DNA of 64,000 bases from Calditrichia bacterium (lineage in GTDB: Bacteria > Calditrichota > Calditrichia > JAJRVZ01). Shown in pieces: positions 48,247 to 57,698 of the stretch (position 1 is the first letter of the stretch; the number at the start of each line of letters is the position of its first letter). The translations under genes and the position numbers were made by a program. The notes under the pieces were generated by a model that was not told where the DNA came from, ran no database searches, and saw only the letters and a list, made by a program, of their open reading frames with translations. The DNA lies in assembly GCA_963796965.1 (NCBI GenBank), contig CAWCNS010000009.1, forward strand, positions 160,001 to 224,000. Reading direction: 5' to 3'.

Positions 48247-48930
48247 ATGGACAAAATCTGGCATTTAAAAAGATTTAATTTTTTCACCTGTCTAAGTCAA
48301 TCAGATATGGCGGACTTTTCAAAAAACACCATTGAAAAACGCTTTAAAAAGAAGGACATGATTTTTCTTCCCGGCGACCAGGGAGACAACGTTTACCTCC
48401 TTAAAGCCGGGGTTGTAAAAATAAGTAAATATTCAGATAATGGAAAAGAGATCATTCTCGGTATGGTCAATCCCGGAGAAATTTTCGGTGAAATGGCGCT
48501 GATCGAAAAAGGTCCCCGCGATCATGTGGCGGAAGCGTTAATGGATTCCTATGTCTGTATTATCCATCGCAATAATTTTAACCGTTATCTTCAACATAAT
48601 CCGGAGATGAGTCTTCGCCTGACCAAGATCTTTGGTTTAAAATTTAAGACGCTGGGGCAAAAAGTGGAGGATCTGGTATTCCGGAATGTTTACCAGCGTC
48701 TGGCAACACTTATTCTCCATCTCCACGATGCTTATGGTTATCAAAAAAATGATAAAACCTATATCTATATCAAACTCACCCATTATGATATTGCCAGCCT
48801 GATAGGCTCTACACGCGAGACCACCACAGCCAGCTTGAATGATTTTAAACGGGAAGGGTTGATAGGTTTTGATGGAAGGAAATTGGTCATTCTGGATAAA
48901 GAAGGCTTAGAAGTAAGGGCGAAAAACTAG
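48247..48930 (+). CDS. Crp/Fnr family transcriptional regulator
   Basis: cNMP-binding domain (GEIFGEMAL) and HTH LTHYDIASLIGSTRETT. Confidence 0.95.
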   Translation: MDKIWHLKRFNFFTCLSQSDMADFSKNTIEKRFKKKDMIFLPGDQGDNVYLLKAGVVKISKYSDNGKEIILGMVNPGEIFGEMALIEKGPRDHVAEALMDSYVCIIHRNNFNRYLQHNPEMSLRLTKIFGLKFKTLGQKVEDLVFRNVYQRLATLILHLHDAYGYQKNDKTYIYIKLTHYDIASLIGSTRETTTASLNDFKREGLIGFDGRKLVILDKEGLEVRAKN

Positions 48931-49084
48931 GGGAATAGTCAATAGTCAAACGTATTGATCTTTTCGAATAAGTAAAATCTAATTCCCCCTTTCGAAGGGC
49001 CTCCTTTGAGAAGGGGGTTAGGGGGATGTTATTTCCAGGTCTTCCAGCAATACCAAGTGAATAAGGGGAGGTTTCTGGGAGAGG

Positions 49085-49285
49085 AAAAGATAAACACAAA
49101 GGGCACAAAGCAGACACAAAGGACTCAAAGAAAAGAAAAAATATTTTTAGGGTTTTAGATCTTGCTTACCCAAAGTTATAGATTATTACCATTGATCTAT
49201 GGAAACCGAGATAAAATAAATAGAAAAAATCTTTCTCTGTGCCCTTTGAGAATTCTTAGTGAACTTTGTGTTTATCTTTTATTTT
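49085..49285. repeat. CACAAAG-family cassette with conserved core
   Basis: aaagataaacacaaag arm; core AGGGTTTTAGATCTTGCTTACCCAAAG...AAACCGAGATAAAATAAATAGAAAAAATC; ctttgtgtttatctttt arm. Confidence 0.9.
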
Positions 49286-49320
49286 TCTTCTCTCTTCGCT
49301 ATGCGCTCCACGCTCTACGA

Positions 49321-49705
49321 CTAATGTGCCTTCGAATAATGCTCATGCACAATCTTCCAGCCATGTTCGGCTACAAGAAACACATGTGATCCCCGGCCGT
49401 GGATGGTTTTGGTACGTTTTCTTTTGGTAATATCCACATTCCAGTAAAAGGTTGAAAGCGCGCCTTCCCCATAGATCTTCACATTCAGATTTTTGATGCT
49501 GTATTTCACCTCGTCACCCTCCTCCAGATAATGCAAAAAGGTTTTCTTCAATTTGGGGCGGCTGGTGATACGCTCATGTTGCGTTGACGAGAATCCGATA
49601 AAATTCTTGCTAAAAAAGGTTAGAATTTCATTTAAGCTTTTTTTGATTAAATAACTTGACAATGGTTCTCTCAATATGAGCGATATCTTTCTGAACAGCA
49701 TCCAT
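49321..49705 (-). CDS. NTF2/SnoaL-like (DUF4440-type) protein, frameshifted
   Basis: GGAGG RBS and ATG at 49705; C-terminus GRGSHVFL...GWKIVHEHYS. Confidence 0.75.
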
Positions 49706-49808
49706 CTGTTTCCTCCTTTAGATGGTTTGGGATGGCAATTATTAAAAATGCTTTTAACTATTATCGGAAAGAATTGGATGATATTAAGCGAGATTAGACA
49801 GAAATTTT

Positions 49809-50038
49809 ATAGAACACGGATGACGCGGATAACACGGATTCCCGCAGATTCTTTTTTAATATTATTTTATGTCTTTTCATTCTAATGATTTGAATTTTAA
49901 TTGATTTTATCATCATCTGATTGTAAACCATTCTGGAAAATTACTTCTCACTCATATTCAAATAATATATCATTATAAAATGAAAATAATAAATAAAATC
50001 CGCGGAAATCCGCGTTATCCGTGTCATCCGCGTTCTAT
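49809..50038. repeat. Inverted-repeat cassette with 9-bp-period arms (CACGGAT/CGCGGAT)
   Basis: 42-bp arms at 49809-49850 and 49997-50038 match at 37/42 around an AT-rich non-coding interior. Confidence 0.9.
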
Positions 50039-50078
50039 TACTATCTAACCTAAGCGGTTATTGATAATTGATCATTGC

Positions 50079-51254
50079 TCATTGATAATTGAACAGCTTT
50101 TCCATCACCTCAGCGATTTTGGCATCGGGGGTAGAAGCCCCGGCAGTGAGACCGAGGGTGATTTTACCCTCCGGCAGCCAGTCCGTGCTGGTGATAACAT
50201 CCGTTTTATCCGGCACTTTATGCGCAATCTGATTTCTATCTATGATATGACCGGCATCTTCGATATGAAAGGCCGGCGCATATTCCTTCGCAATATTGGT
50301 CAGATTATTGGTGTTCGACGAGTTAAAACCGCCGATAACCAGGGTCAGATCAACCCCTTTTTCCAGCATATCGATAATCGCATCCTGGCGTTCCTGCGTA
50401 GCGCTGCAGATCGTATCGAAAGAACGAAAATGATCGTCTACCGTTTCTTTGCCATATCGATCGATCATCGCTTCCTTGACCATTTCGGCAATTTTCAGCG
50501 ATTCATTGGCCAGCATGGTGGTTTGATTGGCCACGCCGATTTTCTGCAGATCACGATCCGGATCAAAACCCGGCGAAAGTTTATTTTCAAAGGTTTTCAT
50601 AAAAGCATCTTTATCCCCGCCATGGCGAATATAATCCGTGACAATATCCGTTTCCGCAAAATTGCGGACAATGATATAGGCGCCGTCTTCATGCATCGTC
50701 GCCTGGGATACGGTGGCTAATGTTTCTTCATGATAATATTTACCATGAACCAGGGCGGTATATTTTTCCTTGCTAAACCGGCTCACATGTTTCCATACAT
50801 TCAAGACCGAACCACAGGTGGTATCCACAAGGATCGCGCCTTTCTGCTTCAGGTCATTAAGCATATCGACAGAAACCCCAAAGGCAGGAAGAATAACCAC
50901 ATCCTCTTCCCGGATATCCTCTAATTTTTCCCCCTGATTATACTGGCCGGAGAGAAACAATACCCCCATTTCGGCGAGTCTTTTGTTGACAAAGGGATTA
51001 TGGATAATTTCCCCGGTCAGATAGATCTTTTTATCCGGAAATTTTTCCACCGTTTGATAGGCATAATCGATGGAACGATCCACCCCATAGCAGAAGCCAT
51101 ATTCTTTCGCTAATTTGACGGTGATGTTACCGCGGGTTAGGGTATAATCCGCTGCTTTTAATTCATCGACTAACCGGCTGTCAAATTCCTGTTCCAGCGT
51201 TTCCTGGATCTCTTTTTTTAGACCGAAGCCTTTACGTACGATAGTGTTGTTCAT
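50079..51254 (-). CDS. ispH: 4-hydroxy-3-methylbut-2-enyl diphosphate reductase
   Basis: GFCYGV, EIIHNP, VDTTC, HEE, NQTT, DTICSATQERQ, GGFNSSNT, TAGASTP. Confidence 0.96.
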   Translation of the reverse strand: MNNTIVRKGFGLKKEIQETLEQEFDSRLVDELKAADYTLTRGNITVKLAKEYGFCYGVDRSIDYAYQTVEKFPDKKIYLTGEIIHNPFVNKRLAEMGVLFLSGQYNQGEKLEDIREEDVVILPAFGVSVDMLNDLKQKGAILVDTTCGSVLNVWKHVSRFSKEKYTALVHGKYYHEETLATVSQATMHEDGAYIIVRNFAETDIVTDYIRHGGDKDAFMKTFENKLSPGFDPDRDLQKIGVANQTTMLANESLKIAEMVKEAMIDRYGKETVDDHFRSFDTICSATQERQDAIIDMLEKGVDLTLVIGGFNSSNTNNLTNIAKEYAPAFHIEDAGHIIDRNQIAHKVPDKTDVITSTDWLPEGKITLGLTAGASTPDAKIAEVMEKLFNYQ

Positions 51255-51289
51255 GTATATCCTATTCTAGTGAAATGTGAGAAGAGAAG

Positions 51290-51545
51290 AAAAAGATAAC
51301 CACAAAGTGCACTTCGTGTTTTCATGTACTTTTTCTCACGCAGCGCCGCGGCGACGCAGGAAAAACAAAAAATTTTTAAGGTTTTAGATCTTGCTTATCC
51401 AAAACCTGAGATTTAAACTCTAATCTTCGCCAACCAACAATCTAAAAACTCAAAAAAATCTTTTCTTCGCGCTCTTTGCGCCTTCTTTGCGTCTTTGCGG
51501 TAAATTCTTTTCTCTGCATCCTTTGTGTTCTTTGTGGTTATCTTT
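51290..51545. repeat. CACAAAG/CGCAAAG-family cassette
   Basis: Core GGTTTTAGATCTTGCTTATCCAAAA...CGCCAACCAACA; nearly the same as 53270-53450. Confidence 0.85.
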
Positions 51546-51594
51546 TTGCCTTTTACCTTTACTTTAAACCTCTTTAAAAGCCTGGATATTCCAC

Positions 51595-52949
51595 CTAAAT
51601 CATGAGCAAATCATCCTCAACCAGGTCAATTATCTGTACTTGCCAAGGATCAAAATTTATTTCTTCACCATCAAAGACCTGTCCATAGAGTAGATCGGTG
51701 CCATATGCCTCAGTTAAGAGTGGACAGGTAAAATTAACGGATTCATCTGTAAAATTCAGCAGAGCATAAAGGGTTTTATGTTTATCATATATTTTTATAC
51801 CTATCACTTCTTTATTACTTACTTCAATGAATTCAATCTGCCCTTTTCTCATACAGGAAAACTGATTATATAGAAAAAGAAGTCTCTTATAGAAATCTGC
51901 CACAGGTTCGTTCCTATCTTGCCAATCAATGGCGTCTTTTTCAAAAAGATCCGGAAGATTGACAGCCCCATTCTCCTGTCCGGCATAGAGAAGCGGCAGA
52001 CCGGAAAGCAGAAAGCAGAGAGCGGCGAAGGGTTGAAATTGCTCCTTACCAAAGGTATCCATTGTTCGTGGTAGATCATGGTTTTCGGTGAAGAGCATGC
52101 CCAGGCTTTGATTCGGGAAAGAGCTCCTTGCGCAACGCATACCAGGTTTGGACATCAGCGGCGCTTCTTTTGCCTGCTTTGATATCGCCGAGAATATAAT
52201 AGAGCACCCAGTCATAATACGCATGAAAGGCTTTTGAATGCAGCCGGCTGCTTTGCCATTCCGCCAGCATAAAGATATCCGGTTTGATATGACGCAGATC
52301 ATTTACAACAGATTCCCAGAAATCCAGCGGGACCAATCCGGCCACATCACAGCGATAGCCATCGATATCAAATTCTTCCACCCAATAGCGCATCATCGCC
52401 GCAATTTTATTTCTCAAGTCACGAATTATCATAATTCAGATCGGTGATATCCGACCACTCAGCTACTTTTCGAACCCCTTCACTTTTCCCGGGATAGAGG
52501 TAAAATGCCGGATGGGTTTTATGCCAGGGATGATCATTGCCCGTATGGTTGATGACCAGATCGAGAATAAGGCGCATATCTGCCTGATGGACCGCCGCAA
52601 CCAGATCTTTAAAATCGGCTTTGCTGCCCAGAGAAGGTTCAATTTCCATATAATCGGCAATCGCATAGGGACTTCCCATGGTTCCTTTGCGGTCTTTGAG
52701 TCCGATGGGATGGATGGGCATCAGCCAGAGGGTTTTGATTCCCAGGTCTTTCAGATAGGGTAGTTTGTCTTTCACTGCCTGAAAGGTACCTTCTTGAGAG
52801 AAGTTCCGTACAAAGATCTCATAGATGGGGCCTTCCCTCACCCATTCCGGCAAATCTACGCCTGGCGTCTGCCCCAGTTCCGGCATATTCCCTTCAATTC
52901 CCATCATCGGATGATCAGCGAGAAATGTTTTCAAGAAGTCATTCATCAT
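51595..52949 (-). CDS. Alpha-amylase family glycoside hydrolase (GH13), frameshifted
   Basis: YEIFVRNF, LWLMPIHP, DLVINHT, IDGYRCDVA, LAEW, FTENHD, PLLYAGQE. Confidence 0.92.
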
Positions 52950-52980
52950 AATCAGATTTATCCTAAGTGATATATGGTTT

Positions 52981-53450
52981 TAACCGCAAAGACGCAAAGA
53001 AGGCGCAAAGGGCGCAAAGATTTTTTTGATGTTTTTAGTACACGGTTCATCCAGGTCTGTGCTTAAAACCATAATTTATAGTGTGTAAAAATTAAGAATT
53101 GTACAACTCGCGGCTTTAAAGAAAGAATTTAGACATTGCGTGATTTAATACCCTAAAATTTTTCTTTGCGTACTTTGCGCCTTCTTAGCGTCTTTGCGGT
53201 AAATTCTTTTCTCTGTGTCCTTTGTATTTAGCTTTTCCTCACGCAATGCTGCAGCGAAAAGAAAAAAAATTTATAGTTTTAGATCTTACTTATCCAAAAT
53301 ATGAAATCAAAACTCAATTTTTCGCCAACCAACACTCTAAAAACTCTAAAAGATCTTTTCTTCGCGTCCTTTGCGCCTTCTTAGCGTCTTTGCGGTAAAT
53401 TCTTTTCTCTGCGTCCTTTGTGCCTTCTTTGTGTACTTTGTGTTTATCTT
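52981..53450. repeat. Compound CGCAAAG/CACAAAG-family cassettes
   Basis: Left arm taaccgcaaagacgcaaagaaggcgcaaag identical to 21436; two right arms at ~53164-53200 and ~53360-53450. Confidence 0.88.
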
Positions 53451-53609
53451 CTAAAAAGAACCTTTCAGCCACTAAAGTGTATAAATCAATAACTATCTTT
53501 ATTTTAACTTGAATTACACCTATACTCAGTTTAAATTTACGTTTCGTTTTTAACAGCCATTGTTGTTAACGACGAACGAAATTTAGGAAAGGCTTGGTAA
53601 GAATCCAAC

Positions 53610-53870
53610 ATGGCAGAAAAGATTAAAAAGAAAAAAGTAGACCACAGATTGCCTTTTGGCAGAAAGAACATGCAGATCCTGACCGTTGGCTTGATCGTCA
53701 TCGTGTTGGGATATATTGCCATGGCCCAGCCGCCGGTAGATAGTTTCTGGAGTATCACCGCCGCACCGGTTTTGTTAATCCTTGCCTATCTGGTCATCGT
53801 TCCCATTGCAATCATGTACGGCTACAAGTTATTCAGCCGCCCGAACGAGGGTGACAAGAAGAAGTCGTAA
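53610..53870 (+). CDS. Small membrane protein (DUF3098-like)
   Basis: LPFGRKNM, GYIAMA, SITAAPVLLILAY; two TM helices. Confidence 0.75.
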   Translation: MAEKIKKKKVDHRLPFGRKNMQILTVGLIVIVLGYIAMAQPPVDSFWSITAAPVLLILAYLVIVPIAIMYGYKLFSRPNEGDKKKS

Positions 53871-54054
53871 CAATTAGAAAAGCAGTAAAACACTTAAAGT
53901 AAAAAGGCAAAAGGCAAAAGGTAAATATTAATTCAGCAATATCATGAATAAATAGTCTTTTTAACTTTTAACTTTTTCCTTTTTACTTATATATTTTTTG
54001 TATTTTGTAGTAGTTATTTTTTCTTTTTTCTTTTTTCTTTTTTCTTAAAAAGAG

Positions 54055-54133
54055 GGGCGATTAAGCTCAGCTGGTTTAGAGCACCTGCCTTACAAGCAGG
54101 GGGTCACTGGTTCGAATCCAGTATCGCCCACCA
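54055..54133 (+). tRNA. tRNA-Val (anticodon TAC)
   Basis: Acceptor GGGCGAT/ATCGCCC, D-arm GCTC/GAGC, anticodon arm CCTGC-CTTACAA-GCAGG, T-loop GGTTCGAATCC, encoded CCA; one extra A near 54063 is likely an error. Confidence 0.96.
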
Positions 54134-54146
54134 CTCTTTCGAGAAG

Positions 54147-54287
54147 CACTAAATCCTAATATCTAAATCCTAAACAATCTCGAAATTCTAATTCTAAAAC
54201 CAGTCTTTAACCGAGGCTGGTTTTTTTTATTTTAAGCATCTGATATTTGGATTTATTTCGGATTTCGTGCTTAGGATTTAGAGTTTT
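54147..54287. repeat. Heptamer inverted-arm cassette (CTAAAT / ATTTAG type) enclosing a terminator
   Basis: gcactaaatcctaatatctaaatcctaaac...ggatttcgtgcttaggatttagag. Confidence 0.8.
54196..54228 (+). terminator. Intrinsic terminator of tRNA-Val
   Basis: AAAACCAGTCTT-loop-GAGGCTGG followed by T8. Confidence 0.75.
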
Positions 54288-54358
54288 ATTCGCCGCCAGG
54301 CGAATAGGAGGGTTGGTTTTTTAATTTGGGGCATTTGACATTGGAATACATAGAGAAA

Positions 54359-54508
54359 CTAGGATTTAGTATTTTGAGTTTTTTCTTTAGAGACAATTAG
54401 TTCTAATTTTTTCAACAGAAGTTCATACCTTTCAGTTTGGGTAGCCGGTTCTATATGTGCCAGAATTGCCTCCTGTAAAGATTCATCCTTCAACAATTTC
54501 TTTAAAGA
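54359..54508 (-). pseudogene. C-terminal gene remnant, possibly of the nucleotidyltransferase-like partner of the 57328 gene
   Basis: Protein-like LKKLLKDESLQEAILAHIEPATQTERYELLLKKLELIV with no credible N-terminus; family assignment from memory only. Confidence 0.4.
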
Positions 54509-54648
54509 TATTCCATATTCGAATATAGAATATTTTTGTTTGCTTCTATTCACATAAAATTAAATAAATATAGATTCGTAATGAAAAAGCCTATATTTTC
54601 AAGATTTTTAATCCGGAATTTCTATTGTTTGATACGTTTATATTAGTT

Positions 54649-56689
54649 TCATTTCACGGTTATATTAAACCATTTATCAGCAATGGATCCATAGGCATCT
54701 GCGGTTACAGCACGGAACCTGTGCGTTCCGGACGCCTCAAACTTCAGCGTATGTTTAGAACCGTTTAATATCTTCCTATCGCCCGATGGCAGATAATGCT
54801 CCCATATAACCTCGGTCCATTCCGTGTTTTGTCTAACTAATATGTTTAGGCCAAGGGGGGGGCATCCACCGGAGGGCGTCGCATCGAGTTCCACATTGCC
54901 GCTGCTTTGTTTTGCTGTCGCCGTTATCTCCGGTTTAGCCTGCAGGTGTGGTCTTGGTGGTGTTCGCGGCGTATCCCTATGTTCCGCCACGCCGTTCCTG
55001 ACAATATCAATCGTGGCATCCGGGCGGATATATATAACCTCCTCGTATCCCTCGCCGTCAAAGCCGTCGGCATCCTGGACAATATCGAAATCCACACCCA
55101 TCCGCAGGAGACGCTCCATTTCGACCGCTGCGTTGTGCATAACCTGACGGTAAGTTACGCCAGATTCGTTGACGTATTCCATATTCCACTTACCGTACAT
55201 GTATATTTTGCCGTAAAATCCGAACGTATAGCCCTCGGGAATGGCAATGGCTGCTTTCGCCGCATAAAGGAGAGCGTCCATGTCGCGGTTGGGGTTTCGT
55301 TCAGCCTGCCCCTTTAGCAGACGGGAAAGGTTTACCTGTTCGGGATAGGGCATGTGATGAGCGTGGGCTGTGGTCCAAAACCAGAAATATTTTGCGCCCA
55401 TGTCGTAAGCTAATGTCAATATCTGAGGCATAATGCGAAGTTCCGTATGCCCATAGATAGAGACACCCCAGTCGCCCCCAAAATGACGGGCTGCCCCGCG
55501 CAATATGGCTATGTTGTATCGTATGAGATAGTCAGGATACGGCGGTATCTCGGAACCATAGTGCATGTTAATCGATGGTATCCAACTGTGTAGAACGTAA
55601 CGGCATTCCTGTATTACGCCAATGGCCCCGGCTTTCATCTACTGCCATCCGGTGCTGATTATTGTTTCCCAGGCGGGAATAGGATGGCTAAGGTCGAGGT
55701 CGCCCAAATCGACATCCTCACGGGTATCGAGAAAATCGTGCAGAAAATAGGGGCGGCGGGATTCTTTCGTTAGGTTGATGGTGAATTGCGTGGCCTCGGC
55801 CCTGCTTTTCGCATTTCCCCTAAGAATTTCATTCTTGGCACGAAATCCCGGCTCGTCATAATACGCATGCCCGCCCAGCATGTTGCTGCGGTAAAGCATT
55901 TCCGGGTAACGGTCGTCTGATTTCGGATGGACGCAAAATACCGGCCAATCCTTGGCCCATTCGTACTGCTCCGGTGTCACCCAGAAAAGGTTGACACCAG
56001 CGCCCATAAGCTCCTCCATATCCTTACGGGTATAATCCTGATACGTATATTCCGTCTTATTAGGCACTTCAAAATCATCGTAAATACGTGCGCCTTCCGT
56101 GTCGCGCACCTTTCGTCCTGTACCGACAGATACTTCCGGCAAAAGCAGCATGCGTTCTGCCCCCGGAACATACACAGACTCACCCTGATCTGTTTTGGTC
56201 AGTTCAAAATCATGTCCCAGGTAGTGAATCCGTTCGGTAAAGGGCAATCCGACTTCTCCTCTGTTGACGGGAAACAGGATATCCCATTTCCGGTGTTCCG
56301 GAAGAAGTGCTTCGCCTGTTATTTTATGGACATATTCACGAGCGGGGCCGTTACCCTCCTGAAAGATGTAACGGGCTGTACGTATGTTTTTCTGCATCCC
56401 GGGGAAGCCCGGCCAGTTGTCTACCAGCGCCCATAGGGCATAACTCTCGCCGTTCTGCTTCACGCCCTTTAGATGAACCCATTGATACTGAAAACCATTC
56501 AGGATTTCCATGTCTCCGAGCGCTAGGTGTAGTTTTACCACGTTCTGTTCAGGCGGGTTTGTTCATTCCGGCAAGGACATATTCCGCACTTTTTACCGGT
56601 GTTAAATCAGCGGCTGTAGCCAAATCGACGCAGATAAAAAAAGCAACTGCCATAATGGTTAAAAGAACACTTGAAACCTGTTTTCGCAT
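54649..56689 (-). CDS. Secreted hypothetical protein of higher GC, interrupted by a frameshift (~56555) and an in-frame TAG (55639-55641)
   Basis: GGGAG RBS and signal peptide MRKQVSSVLLTIMAVAFF at 56689; ORFs 55639-56541 and 54649-55638 are contiguous in one frame; YYDEP motif and Ig-like C-terminus. Confidence 0.75.
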
Positions 56690-56801
56690 TGTTTGCTCCC
56701 ATTGTTATAAATAACGGTGTTCCGTGACAAACTCTGATTTTTAGTATAATTTTTATATAATATTATAAAAGAAAAGAAGCAATCAATAAAGTCACTTTTT
56801 A

Positions 56802-57328
56802 TCATGATACACCTATCTTAATTTTCATCAGCAACATTCTCCTAATTCAAATTTCTCTTGCTCTTCCAATACGGATTGCATCTACTAATGCCAATATTTC
56901 ATGCAATTGTGAATCTATGTGAACAGCATTTACAACCGATTTGTACAGAGGGATAACACAATACCCACGCATGGTTCCACGGCCTGATGGCCAGACATAA
57001 TTTTCATCACTCTGAATTATTTTACAAAGGGGTTTCGCCCCGAGTGGGCGGTGGGTATCCCTCTCACCATTGCCCCAGGTTGTTGTGGAAAGACATACTG
57101 GATACCATATTGTAAAAAGTCCATCAGCGCCATTTTGAAAACCTGTTTACCTTTCTCATCCAGTAACCTAGCAAATTTTGACCGGACTAATGATTTACTT
57201 ACCTCCGACTGGCTAATAAACAATTGATTGGCTAACAGCACCTGATACCAGGGTTCACCTTTATAGGTAATAATCTTAAGTAAGACGACGATATCCAGAG
57301 GACTGATTATTTGCTGTCGTTGTTTCAT
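56802..57328 (-). CDS. HTH protein resembling type IV TA antitoxin-like proteins, frameshifted
   Basis: PLDIVVLLKI, LANQLFISQSEVSKSL, YVFPQQPG..RGIPTAHS; continues in another frame as YVWPSGRG..RG...IPLYKSV...LHEILALVDAIRIGRARE. Confidence 0.65.
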
Positions 57329-57698
57329 TTATACTCCTCTATTCCATATTCGAATCCAGTATCGTTGAGTCCCACCTACCCTCTTCTCTAGGGGAAGATG
57401 GGGATAGCAATCTGAACATCATCAAATATTCAACACATCCAACCACACCCAGCTCAATATTCTCCTTCAAATTACAAATTCCAGAATTCTAATTATTCAG
57501 ATTATTATTGCATTCCCTCGCTGAGAAGGTATATTAATACACTGAAATAGACTCAAACCACTCAGACTAAATATCTTAATGAATTCATATTAAAAACGAC
57601 AGGCAGACCATCCTTTTTTTAGACAGCACTTTTAATTAGAGAGAATTTCTCAATCAAAATAGAATCGTAAAATTATTTTGTTCAGAGGAGATATACTC

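Noticed and set aside
44042..54641. 13-bp match TTGATACGTTTAT at 44042 and 54629
   Set aside because: Short AT-rich matches of this length are expected by chance in 64 kb.
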